DNA of 64,000 nucleotides from Basidiobolus meristosporus CBS 931.73 (taxonomy: Eukaryota > Fungi > Basidiobolomycota). Of the stretch, positions 44,351 through 57,225 are shown piece by piece (the stretch's first letter is position 1; each line of letters opens with the position of its first letter). Both the position numbers and the translations under genes were made by a program. Under the pieces are notes generated by a model. It was not told the DNA's origin and ran no database searches. It was given only the letters and a program-made list of their open reading frames with translations. The stretch lies in contig MCFE01000295.1 in assembly GCA_002104905.1 (NCBI GenBank), positions 1 to 64,000 of the forward strand, in the 5' to 3' direction.

Positions 44351-46290
44351 GTTGTAAAAATCTGTAATTCAAGCTAAATATACACCCAACTTAGTCACTT
44401 GGATCATTACCGCTAAATTCTAAGCAATATGGACCAAATTCTGTGTTGGGATTTAACTAAAATATCTTCAACAAATATCAGATACCCACAATACAGGAAT
44501 TCTTAAAGCTGTCCAAGCAGTCTCAAACTTTGCACACATATTCTTGGACCTTCTTTAACCTGCAAGGCAGGTAGCATGGGTGGATGATTGGAGTGAGGCT
44601 TTGGGGAAGGGGGGCACCCTCAATGGGGGGAGGTAATTGAGATTAGGGTGTACCCCATGGTGTTTAATACCCTTGCTTTCACAGGGGCTGGACTATATCA
44701 TCATCCATATCAGCAAGCCAAAAGCCTCCTCTTTGCCCTGCATTTTGATGAAAGGTGTGTAGTCTCTAAGGATCCCACTAGAGCAACCCCGCAAACAGGG
44801 CCAAATCTTGTTGGTTTCCTGCTACTTGTTCATTGTTACATACCTTGGATTTTCACAAAAAACAACCTTGATTCTTTGGGGGTATACCTCCCCCCTATCA
44901 ATGCAGTACAGGGCTGGGGGCTTGATTGGTTTATCAAGCACCACCAAGGGCTCCTGATTGGCCCCCCCTGAGGAAGCACTTTACTATCCTAGGCAGGTTT
45001 CTTTTTGCTTTAGTCTTTAGGAGTTTCCAGCATATAGTCTTATGCTCACTGGAGCCTTACAACCATGGGGGCCCTACAATGGAGCTATAATATGCATTAC
45101 TGATAAAGCAGCTAATACAAAAGGTAATAGGTAATGAAGACTGAAGAATCTATTTAAAGTAGGGTTATCTACTGAGAATCCTCCCCAAAAAAGATTAACC
45201 AAGTCTCCACCTATTACTGGGATTGTTGATAATAGGTTAGTTGAAACTGTAGCTCCCCAGAAACTCATTGTCCCCTGTACTAGAGTATAACCTAAAAAAG
45301 CTGTAACCATCATGACAATTAGAATAACTACTCCTATTGACCATACCAAAATTCTAGGTCTTTTATATGATCTGTAGTATAATCCTTTTCAAATATATAC
45401 AAGATTGAAGAAGAATAAAGCCACAGTTACATGTGTATATTGAATAAGCCAACCAGAGTTTAAATCTCTCATTATATGCACTACACTCATAAAAGCTTAA
45501 TCCACATAACTTGTATAATGCATTGCTAAAGTTACTCCTGTAATTATTTGAATTCCTAGACATATGCCTAATAATAATTCATAATTCCATAAGTAACTTA
45601 TATTTGATGGTGATGGTGAATCTATTACATAACTATTAGCTATATTTAATAAAGAGTGACTTTTTGATAATTTCATCTCTTGTCTGCTTCCCCCACTCCT
45701 GGACCATGCCCCCTCCCTACCCAGGGGGGCCTTGACTCCAACAACCGGTCATGAGCCCCAAACTGTCACTTGATGCAATACCTATTACCGCTATTACTGA
45801 AATTCTTCCCTCTGCTAAAAGGTCGGATGGATCTATCTATCTAGTGTGGAAGGTAAAGATGAAGATGCTGCTGCCAGAAAGAGGCCTTTGGGATACTGTC
45901 ATGGGTGAAGAATGCCTTCCTAACAACATGGGAGAGAAATCCTTAAAGTACCCAAAGAAAGAACAAAGTGCCTTTAACTGTATTTGCCTTAAAGTTACAC
46001 AAGTTGCTAATGCAATGCTCAAGAGCAAAAACAGCAACAAATGCCAGGAAAGCATTAGAAGTCACCCACCATTCATGCTCAGCTGTCAAGAAAGTGTACT
46101 GTAGACAAAAACTCTTTACTACAAAGATGCAGCCAGGAGAAGAAATGAATAATCTATTCAACAGAAATACCCTGCTAGTGGATGAGATGGAATATATGGG
46201 TGTACCAACTACTGATGAGGATGTGATAGTAACCATCCTGCATAGCCTGACATACAAGTCTCAGGGCCTTGTATCAGCCCTAGTGTCTCA
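44351..46290 (+). mobile_element. 5-prime part of a degenerate copia family-A element (split LTR, PBS, gag remnant)
   Basis: LTR-like 44351-44560. LTR end plus PBS gactccaacaaccggtcatgagccc at about 45724-45757, then gag MSPKLSLDAI...VWKVKMKMLL homologous to 34695-34889. Confidence 0.7.
45080..45676 (-). pseudogene. cob: NUMT: 5-prime ~200 codons of mitochondrial cytochrome b
   Basis: [31 protein letters not shown]...AMHY...GW...GLYY.SY...WSIGV...TAFLGY...[11 protein letters not shown]...[25 protein letters not shown]-rich, with stops and a small deletion. Confidence 0.93.
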
Positions 46291-46379
46291 AAATCTGCTT
46301 AATTGCTTCAATTTGTTGAGATCCATAGTTCTACATGCATTGACCAACTATTCCCACTGCCACTGCAATGTTTAGATGA

Positions 46380-48560
46380 GTAGACATCATCAAGTATAAC
46401 AGGCTACCATGTGCCATGAATTAATGAGCTTTGGACCAGCCTAGTAGAGCCATTCTATTCAGCAAGAATGATTACATATCGGTAGACAACCAGACTTGGA
46501 TAAAGACAGAAGATATCCCCAAGAAAGCATTCATGACCCAGATATGGATACTAAGAGTACTCAGTCAAGAGTTTGGCTTCTCTAATGCCCCTGCAACATT
46601 TATGACCTTGATTTAGACTGTCTTCTAAGAGCACTTGGATGAGTATATGGTAACATTCCAAGATGACATATTAATAGACAGCAAGACAGACAAGGACTAC
46701 TTGGTGCACATAAAATAGCTCTTCAAGAAGCTAGGAGTGAACAATCTTTATGGCAAGTTAGCAAAGGGTTGGTTCTTTAAGGAGCACATTGAATATCTGG
46801 GATACATATTGACTAGCACAGGAGTGATCATGGACTTTGAGAGAGTAGAGCTTTAAAGAATCTGAAGCAGTCCCATAGCATTTCAGGGCTCAGATTATAT
46901 CTCTGAATGGTATTCTATTATTGGGGATTTTGCAAATCCTTTGGAAATGTTGTAGCCTCTGTGGACTGATATCTTCAAGAATGCTAACACCTTGAAGTGG
47001 GACATAGCTTGTGAGACTGCTTTTGCATGCTCAAGTGAATTTGCCAAGCTTAATACCTGACCACAGAAAGTAACTTCCTCCCTGCAAAGACATTTCAAAT
47101 TAGGCCATTGGTGAAGAGTTTCATCAAGAACATAAAGGAACAGAACACTTGGTTACTATTAAATCCAAGAATTTCAATGCTGCCAAACAAGACTGCCAAG
47201 TTCATGAGAAAGACATGCTTGCCATGATTCACTGCTTAAAGATATGGAGATGCTACACTGAAGGAGTCAAGTACTCTGTAAGACTGATTAGGCCTCACTT
47301 TCACTAATACTCATTTAGAAGGCAAGCTGCTAAGAATGATAAGATGGAATGAAAACATTCAGCATCCAACTTGGAGATGGTGTACTGCCCTGGAAAATAA
47401 TGTGGTTACTGGCACAATATCAAGACTAAAACAAGCTGCACAACCCAACTTGACGCATAAGTTAAATTGGCTTAAGCTTATTTGCATTGTACCAGAGGAC
47501 CAGACCATTCTAGTTGAGGTGAATACAAATATTATGAAGTTGTACTAGAATGAAAACAGCAAGCTCTAGTACAGAATGAGATACTCTACAAATTTGTGAT
47601 GGATGCCCCATTGCACTTGGACTAATGTGCCTTACCTGGACTTAATAGAGAAGCTTTACAATGGATACAGACTTCTTCAAATCAAAGGAACCCAAATTTG
47701 TTTGAGAGCCAGAGCATGGTGGCTCAGAACAAAACAAGATAGTGAGAAGCTATTGATAACATGCCTGAGGTGCCAAATCAACCAAGGCCATCCACAGCAG
47801 ATTGCTGAACTATTCTTACCGGAGACTCTAAGACCATTACAAGACTGTGAACAAAATGCTGCAAATTGCATTTACCACAATACCATGATGAGTTTCTGAT
47901 GCACTGTAGAAGTTGAATCACATAGACAAGCAAGTTGTAGAGCAAAACATCTGAATGTTACCCAGAAATGCAGCAGATCAAGCAACTAAAAGCTTCATCA
48001 TATCAGCCAAGAACTAATATAGTCATTGAGCAGTCTAATGAATTTTGTGGGAAATACAGACCAAGTATGCAGTGGAGCTTCCAACAGATTGAATCAGCAT
48101 TTAGACCAAGCACTGTTTGCCTGCAAAGCTAGAGGACAAAAAGCTACTCAGTAATAGCCATCCTACTTAGTGCATTTATGTAGACAAAGATTTCATCAAA
48201 TCCCACACAATCCAGGCTTATGGAAGCCTCAGAGGATTAACTCAGCTAGTGCAGTAGAATCCAGCAACTGGAGCAAAGATGTCAAGATGCACATGTCAAA
48301 GAGCATAATAGTACATAAAGTTGCAGCAGAGATTTGACAACACTATATCACCAGAAGCACTGTAGGGTGGGAACATTATATTGCTGAGAAACATCACATG
48401 GAAGAAGTTTGAGCCACAATGAATAAGACCATATAAGACCATCAGAGAATGTCTACTTTCAATCCATTAACTAGTGGTCAAACTGGGAAATATCCAAACC
48501 AGTTTTGCTCATTTAGACAAACTCAAGCCGGAAGAACTTATTAACAATAATGAGACAGTA
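46380..48560 (+). mobile_element. Ty3/gypsy pol remnant (RT, RNaseH, integrase)
   Basis: EDIPKKAF...FGFSNAPATF...DDILI...IEYLGYI (RT), then HEKDMLAMIHCLKIWR (RNaseH), then an integrase-like region. RT-RH-INT order; heavily disrupted. Confidence 0.85.
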
Positions 48561-49630
48561 AGACAAGGGTAGCACTGGAAAAAAAATCCAGGAGAGCTCT
48601 CTCAGCTTTGGTAGTGGCAAAAATTATGATCTATTGCATGAATATTATAAGACTTCTGTATTGAATGGTGTAGAAGCCAGCTATTGAACAAGAAATGCTC
48701 ATCATACTGTGGTAAAGTTGTCTTAATAAAAAATAGTCACCTATTACGCCCAACACAAACCTAATTAACCCATTACCAATGCATTGGAGCTGCTTAGCTT
48801 CTTAATGCCAAGAGCGTAGCTTTATGAGAAATTATTGTGATGATCCTTTAAAAAGGCCCTCACAGAACTAAAGTCCTGTGATTAGGAGGCACTGTTCCTG
48901 TCAGGACACCATGCAGCAACTGTTGAAAAATAATTGCACCCCAGATTTCACAAAAAAACTTGGTCATTTTTCATCACAACAATATATCAATGGCTTTTGA
49001 TTGGTTCCCTGCCAATTTGCTCACTTTCTAATCCCTGACACTTGATCACCTCTTATATTTGTGTACATTGATTAGCTATTGCCTCTTCTTCCCACTCCTT
49101 ACTTGCTGATTCAACCATTTCTCCTACTTTTTATGCATTCAAATTGATTTATTTCTGTTGAAGCTTCAGTTGTAACTCAATTGCCAATTTTACTGCCTAC
49201 ACAAGTCCCTACACCCTACACTAACATTAAGCCCAACCCCACACTCAACAAGTAACTTCATTATAATCAACTGCTCAATCAGTACTCCTGCTGCAATTCT
49301 CTGTTTCCATGACCCTGTTGGAAACCAAGCAGCTTTATGTCACTGTTCATTCACTGGTTCCCACATGTCCTGGTCCTCAGCCAGCACTGCAAGGTCTGGC
49401 ACTTCATCTGCCAGTCTTTACAATAAGTCCTTGCAATATTCAAGTGTGTTTTCTTGAGCACTGCTCTTGAAGAAGTGTTGCAACCTCCTGGTGTTGCTAT
49501 AAATGTTCCAATATTCTACTGAAGGCATTGTGATAGTTCTCTGAGTTCTTGATGTTGTAGCTTTGTCTGTCAGTGGGATCTCCACTCTGTCAACAATGGA
49601 GGATGTGAAGGCTTTAGTAGACAAATTACC

Positions 49631-52600
49631 TGTTGAAATATTGGACTATTTGGTATCATTCAGCAGCTAAAAATTTACTTAACAATTCTAGGCTAGTCTT
49701 AGTCACTGTAGGACTCATTTACTGCCTTAACTTTGCCACTTTCTCCGGATATATGATCTTATGATTATTCCCCTATAGTCAGGATCAAATTAGCACTATT
49801 ACCAAACATTATGTACTAACCCTGAAACTGTTACAGAATGCTCCTGAATATTGAGAAACCCTCCTTACTTAGTGTTACAGCTGTATTACTTCTACAAAGG
49901 TATAAATACTGAGCGTCTTTATGAATAAACAACAGTTCAACTATTATCACTATTTCTTGATAAGTTCCTTATATCCAAATCACTTCTTAAATTGCAACTG
50001 GTTATGAGCCCCAATTGCCTTAATCTATTCTAAAGATGACTTCTACCAGCAAACAAAGCAATACCAACATCTTCCCTGTAAAGGAGAGGTTTGATGGGAA
50101 GAACTACAGACTTTGGAGAATCAAGATGCAGATCCACCTTGAGGAAAGAAAGCTTTGGAACATAGTAACAGGAAAGGAAGTTGAGCCCAAAGGAACAGCA
50201 GAAGATTTGGAGAAGTTTCAAGAGAAGGAGAGAAAGGCCTTCAATGCAATATGCATCAATGTGCAAGACTCCTTCATTGGACAAATCCATGCCTCAAATA
50301 CTGCCAAAGCAGCATGGAAATCCTTGGAGAAGATCTTTAGAGCAAAGTCAGTATCAAGCAAGCTTTATTTGAAACAAAAGTTCTTCAACATGAGAAAAAA
50401 GCCAGATGATGACATGCTACAACTCATTACCAGAATGGAGACACTTGCAGAAGAACTTTACAGTATTAATGCTGGTGTAGATGATGAAGAAAAGATACTC
50501 TGTCTGCTTTGCAGCCTACCAGACGAGTATGAGCCACTCATACTTTCTTTAGAAAGCAGAGAAGACAACTTGACTTTAGACTATGTCAAAGGAAGACTTC
50601 TCCATGAAGAACTCAGACGTAATGACCAAGCAGAGAAAATTGAAGATAATGCTTTATTCAGTTCAGAAAGGCATACAGAAAAGAAGGGAAAGCAACAAAA
50701 CCAAAGAAAACCTGGCTGCTGTAACTACTGTAAGAAGCCAGGACACTGGGCAAGAGAATGCAAGAAGAAACAAGCAGACAAAAAACAGAAACTACAGCAG
50801 GCAAACCATATAACTACTGATGAACAGCTATTTGTCACTGTACAAGAGAGTGCAAGTAACTGAAGAAATGAATGGTATATTGACTCTGGAGCATCACAGC
50901 ATATTTGTGGTATAAAGGATTGGTTCAGCAACTTAAAGACTATTCCTGTAAGAAAGGTTTATCTGGGAGATAACTCTGCATTGGAAGCTACCGCCAGTGG
51001 GTCTATACAACTAAATATGAGTGATAACTCAGGGGCAACAACAGCAAAACTGACTGACGTACTCTATGTACCTGGAATAGCTAAGAACCTACTTTCAGTC
51101 AGTAAAGCAACTACTCAGGGACTGAAATTTGTTTTTACTAAGCTGAGCTGCTCAATATTGAGTGAAAATGGACAAAAATTAGCATTGGGAATCAGAGATC
51201 ACAATATATCCAAGTTACAATGCAAGACCATTGTACCTGAGTATGTCAACATTGCTGAAACTGATGAAACCAACTGGGAGACGTGGCATAGGAGGCTAGG
51301 ACACATAGGGGAACAGAAAATGAGCCAATTGGTGAAAAATCAGCTTGTTTTGGGCCTAAAATACTCAATTCCAATCAAATTGAATGTTTGTAAGGGATGT
51401 TCATATGGCAAACAAGCTAGGCAACGTTTCAAGAGCTCAGAAGGCATCAATACCACCGAAATATTGGCTATTGTACACTCAGACATATGTGGCCCCTTGA
51501 GAACACTGTCCTTTGGAGCCAAGAGATACTTTATGACGTTTATTGATGACAAGACAAGATATACATGGGTGTACTTTCTCAAAACAAAGGATGAAGCTTT
51601 AGAGATGTTTAAGCACTTCAAGAACATGGCAAAAACACAAACTGGGTGTAAATTGAAGGTACTACAAAGTGACAATGGAGGAGAATACTGCTCAAAGGAG
51701 TTTGCAAAATACTGCTTGTCTACTGGTATACTTCAACAGACCACAGTTCCTCATACTCCACAGCAAAATGGAGTAGCAGAACGTGCAAATAGAACAATAG
51801 TAGAGATGGGAAGATCTATGCTACATGATAAGGGAATGGACTACAAGTTTTGGGCTGAATCTGTTGCTACCGCTGTATACATCAAGAACAGATACCCAAC
51901 AACAGCACTACGTGATTCTACACCCTTTGAAGCATATACAGGCAAAAAACCAGATCTCCAGCACCTCAGGATCTTTGGCAGTGATGTTTTTTATCACATC
52001 CCTGACAAAAAACGCTCAAAGTTGGAACCAAAGAGTAGAAAAGGGATCTTTCTTGGGTATTGTGAAGATACTAAAGGGTATAGAGTGTATGATGGCAAAA
52101 TTCAGAAGCTGATCAAGAGCAGGGACGTTGTATTTGAGGAGAATTCAGATCAGAAAGCCACAGAAATCATTGGCCAGCTGCCTGATGATGCAATCAACAC
52201 AAATGAAGAAGATACGTACCAAATCCAGCCAGAGATGGAAGATACTTCTACCAGTTCCAGATCAGAACAGATTATCCCAGTTAGGAGATCTACCAGAATA
52301 AGAAATGCCCCTGGATCCTGGTGGCAGACATCCAATGATCATGAAGAAGCTTATCTTGCCTTATGTGCCAAACCTCAGAATCTGGAACAGGCAATGCAAG
52401 GCCCAGATGCTACTAAGTGGCAACAAGCCATGCAGGAGGAGTACCAATCACTGATCAAGGCAAAAACGTGGGAACTGGTAGATTTACCAAATGGGAGAAA
52501 GCCAATAGGATGTAGATGGGTCTACAAGATCAAGATAACCTCAAATGGTGCCGTTGATAAGTACAAGGCTAGATTGGTAGCTAAAGGCTATTCCCAGATC

Positions 52601-54316
52601 CAGGGACTAGACTTTAAGGAAACATTTGCTCTGGTTGCCAAGTTTAACTCTATTAGGACAGTTCTAGCCCTGGCAGCTGTACACAGCCTAGATCTACACC
52701 AAATGGACGTCAAAACAGCCTTTCTAAATGGGGATTTGCAAGAAACTATATATATGGAGCAACCAGCAGGTTTTACCGATCCAAAAAGCCCCCACAAGGT
52801 GTGCAAACTTAGAAAATCGTTGTATGGGCTTAAGCAGGCACCCAGAGCATGGTATAACAAGATTGACACATATCTAGAGGAAATTGGGTTCTCTCGTAGC
52901 ACTGCAGTTCACAGTATATATGTGAAACAGCTCAAAAAGGGTGTGATCATCCTAGTTCTTTATGTGGATGACCTAATTATAGCTACAAGTGATCAAGAGG
53001 CACTTAAACATACAAAATCAGATCTCTTCAGCAAGTTTGAGATGAAAGATCTTGGAAAATTGAGCTTTTTTCTTGGAATTGAGGTCAAATTTGACATACC
53101 TACACAGAAAATTGTGCTGAATCAGTCTAAGTACATCAGGGACACTCTTAGACGCTTCAAAATGGAAAATTGCAAACCTGCAGCAACCCCTATGGACAAT
53201 AACCTGAAATTAAGCAAATCTCAGCCAGTTATAGATGAAAACGGCTCAAATATGGACCAAAACTTTCACTATCAATCAATGGTTAGTAGCCTGATGTACT
53301 TGATGGTGTCTACACGTCCAGATATTGCAGTAGCAGTTGGAATAGTCAGTCAATTCATGCAGAACTATGGATCAGATCAAATTGCAGCAGTTAAGCGGAT
53401 TTTCAGATATCTACAAGGTACCATAAATATGGTACTGGAATACTCTGGAGCAGCTAATAGGCAAAAATTTGATGGTTATAGTGATTCAGATTGGGGTAGA
53501 GATTTGATTGACAGACGCTCTACCACAGGCTATGTATTTCTTTATGCTGGTGCAGCTATTACTTGGAATTGCAAGAAACAACCAACTGTGGCACTATCTA
53601 CAACTGAAGCCAAATATATGGCTGCATGTCAAGCAACTAAGGAGGCTATATGGCTATGAAAATTATTCAAAGACTTAGGTTTTAATTCAGGTGAACCAAC
53701 ATGCATTTACAAGGATAATCAAAGTTGTATTTCATTAGCTAGAAATCCTACTAATCATGCCAGAACTAAGCACATTGATATACAGCATCACTTTGTGAGG
53801 GAAGCTGTAGAAAATAACTTAGTGGAGCTGGTTTACTGCCCAACTGACAAAATGGTGGCAGACATATTGACAAAACCACTAGCTAGGCCACAGTTTGAGA
53901 TCCTTAGGGAGAAATTGGGATTAAGAAATTATTTAGTTGAGGGGGAGTGTTGAAATATTGGACTATTTGGTATCATTCAGCAGCTAAAAATTTACTTAAC
54001 AATTCTAGGCTAGTCTTAGTCACTGTAGGACTCATTTACTGCCTTAACTTTGCCACTTTCTCCAAATATATGATCTTATGATTATTCCCCTATAGTCAGG
54101 ATCAAATTAGCACTATTACCAAACATTATGTACTAACCCTGAAACTGTTACAGAATGCTCCTGAATATTGAGAAACCCTCCCTACTTAGTGTTGCAGCTG
54201 TATTACTTCTACAAAGGTATAAATACTGAGCTTCTTTAAGAATAAATAACAGTTCAACTATTATCACTATTTCTTGATAAGTTCCTTATATCCAAATCAC
54301 TTCTTAAATTGTAACA
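49631..54316 (+). mobile_element. Full-length young Ty1/copia element (family B); 369-bp LTRs at 49631-49999 and 53948-54316; TSD TTACC; single gag-pol frame 50036-53953 with two premature TGA
   Basis: PBS GGTTATGAGCCC, PPT TTGAGGGGGAG, CCHC knuckle (CNYCKKPGHWAREC), WYIDSGA, HRRLGH, HSDICGP, LYVDD, GYSDSDW. In-frame stops at 50861 and 53657. About 9 LTR mismatches by eye. Confidence 0.96.
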
Positions 54317-54939
54317 TTACCTTTCTCTGCAAACTCTCTACCTTGCTGGAGTGTAGCTCAACTGCCTGTACTTCCAACTCTTATGAAAAGAACTGTTTTC
54401 TTGTTGGTGATTCTTCTTGGCTATGATGGAATTCTGTCTGTTCTGGGCTTAAGGCGTCTATTTGTAAGAACTGCTGTTTTTTTGCATACTTGGCTCTCTC
54501 AGCCTTGGGTAGTCACTCTTCCATTTACCTTTTCCTTTATCACTGCCAGGTCTTTCACTGTTACCTTGTTGGAGTGCTTCTTGTAATGAGCTATGTTTTC
54601 TCCTTGATAAATTCTGCTCTGACGCATTTGTTTTTGCCTGCTTGTCCCTTGCTGGCATTCTTCTGGCAGCCTGATGCATCTTTAGTGTTTGTTTTGAGCT
54701 CTTGGCCATAGTTGTGATGGGCTCCTGAGAAAGCCTCTGTTTTTATCACTGCCAGGTCCTTCCCTGCTACTTTGACTGAGTGCTTCTTGAGTAGTTCTAT
54801 ACCTTTTCCTAGATAAATGTTATGCTGGGGCATTCATGTCTGCCTGCTTGTCACTTATTGGCACTCTTCCAGATGCCTGACATCTCTTTGACACTTGCTT
54901 AGAGTGTTTGGCCTTGCTTGTAACAGGCTCTTCAAGACC

Positions 54940-57225
54940 ATCACATAGTGCTGTTGTTGGGCATCTGTCCTAGATGTAAACTGCGGTAGCAACTGATTCA
55001 GCCCAAAACTTGTAGTCCATTCCCTTATCATGTAGCATAGATCTTCCCATCTCTACTATTGTTCTATTTGCACGTTCTGCTACTCCATTTTGCTGTGGAG
55101 TATGAGGAACTGTGGTCTGTTGAAGTATACCAGTAGACAAGCAGTATTTTGCAAACTCCTTTGAGCAGTATTCTCCTCCATTGTCACTTTGTAGTACCTT
55201 CAATTTACACCCAGTTTGTGTTTTTGCCATGTTCTTGAAGTGCTTAAACGTCTCTAAAGCTTCATCCTTTGTTTTGAGGAAGTACACCCATGTATATCTT
55301 GTCTTGTCATCAATAAACGTCATAAAGTATCTCTTGGCTCCAAAGGACAGTGTTCTCATGGGGCCACATATGTCTGAGTGTACAATAGCCAATATTTTGG
55401 TGGTATTGATGCCTTCTGAGCTCTTGAAATGTTGCCTAGCTTGTTTGCCATTTGAACATCCCTTACAAACATTCAATTTGATTGGAATTGATTATTTTAG
55501 GCCCAAAACAAGCTGATTTTTCACCAATTGGCTCATTTTCTGTTCCCCTATGTGTCCTAGCCTCCTATGCCACGTCTCCCAGTTGGTTTCATCAGTTCCA
55601 GCAATGTTAACATACTCAGGTACAGTGATCTTGCATTGTAACTTGTATATATTGTGATCTCTGATTCCCAAAGCTGATTTTTGTCCATTTTCACTCAAAA
55701 TTGAGCAGCTCAGCTTAGTAAAAACAAATTTCAGTCCCTGAGTAGTTGCTTTACTGACTGAGAGTAGGTTCTTAGCTATTCCAGGTACATAGAGTACGTC
55801 AGTTAGTTTTGCTGTTGTTGCCCCTGAGTTAGCACTCATATTTAGTTGTATAGACCCACTGGCGGTAGCTTCCAATGCAGAGTTATCTCCCAGATAAACC
55901 TTTCTTACAGGAATAGTCTTTAAGTTGCTGAACCAATCCTTTATACCACCAATATGCTGTGATGCTCCAGAGTCAATATACCATTCATTACTTTGGTTAC
56001 TTGCACTCTCTTGTACAGTGACAAATAACTGTTCATCTGTAGTTATATGGTTTGCCTGCTCTAGTTTCTGTTTTTTGTCTGCTTGTTTCTTCTTGCATTC
56101 TCTTGCCCAGTGTCCTGGCTTCTTACAGTAGTTACAGCAGCCAGGTTTTCTTCGGTTTTGTTGCTTTCCCTTCTTTTCTGTATGCCTTTCTGAACTGAAT
56201 AAAGCATTATCTTCAGTTTTCTCTGCTTGATCTTTACGTTTGAGTTCTTCATGGAGAAGTCTTTCTTTGACATAGTCTAAGGTCAAGTTGTCTTCTCTGC
56301 TTTCAAAAGAAAGTATGAGTGGCTCATACTTGTCTGGTAGGCTGCAAAGCAGACAGAGTATCTTTTCTTCATCATCTACACCAGCATTAATACTGTAAAG
56401 TTCTTCTGCAAGTGTCTCCATTCTGGTAATGAGTTGTAGCATGTCATCATCTGGCTTTTTTCTCATGTTGAAAAACTTTTGTTTCAAATAAAGCTTGCTT
56501 GATACTGACTTTGCTCTAAAGATCTTCTCCAAGGATTTCCATGCTGCTTTGGCAGTATTTGAGGCATGGATTTGTCCAAAGAAGGAGTCTTGCACATTGA
56601 TGCATATTGCTTTGAAGGCCTTTCTCTCCTTCTCTTGAAACTTCTCCACATCTTCTGCTGTTCCTTTGGGCTCAACTTCCTTTCCTGTTACTATGTTCCA
56701 AAGCTTTCTTTCCTCAAGGTGGATCTGCATCTTGATTCTCCAAAGTCTGTAGTTCTTCTAATCAAACCTCTCCTTTACAGGGAAGATGTTGGTATTGCTT
56801 TGTTTGCTGGTAGAAGTCATCTTGAGAATAGATTAAGGCAATTGGGGCTCATAACCTGTTGCAATTTAAGAAGTGATTTGGATATAAGGAACTTATCAAG
56901 AAATAGTGATAATAGTTGAACTGTTGTTTATTCATAAAGACGCTCAGTATTTATACCTTTGTAGAAGTAATACAGCTGCAACACTAAGTAGGGAGGGCTT
57001 CTCAATATTCAGGAGCATTCTGTAACAGTTTCAGGGTTAGTACATAATGTTTGGTAATAGTGCTAATTTGATCCTGACTATAGGGGAATAATCATAAGAT
57101 CATATATTTGGAGAAAGTGGCAAAGTTAAGGCAGTAAATGAGTCCTACAGTGACTAAGACTATCCTAGAATTGTTAAGTAAATTTTTAGCTGCTGAATGA
57201 TACCAAATAGTCCACTATTTCAACA
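54940..57225 (-). mobile_element. 3-prime-truncated copia family-B copy (LTR 56857-57225, gag, PR, partial integrase)
   Basis: Near-identical reverse complement of 49631-51920; PBS at 56845-56856. Confidence 0.93.

Noticed and set aside
50861-50863. TGA between gag and pol as programmed stop-codon readthrough
   Set aside because: The sister copy has a sense codon here and copia elements normally have a single ORF; better explained by CpG deamination.
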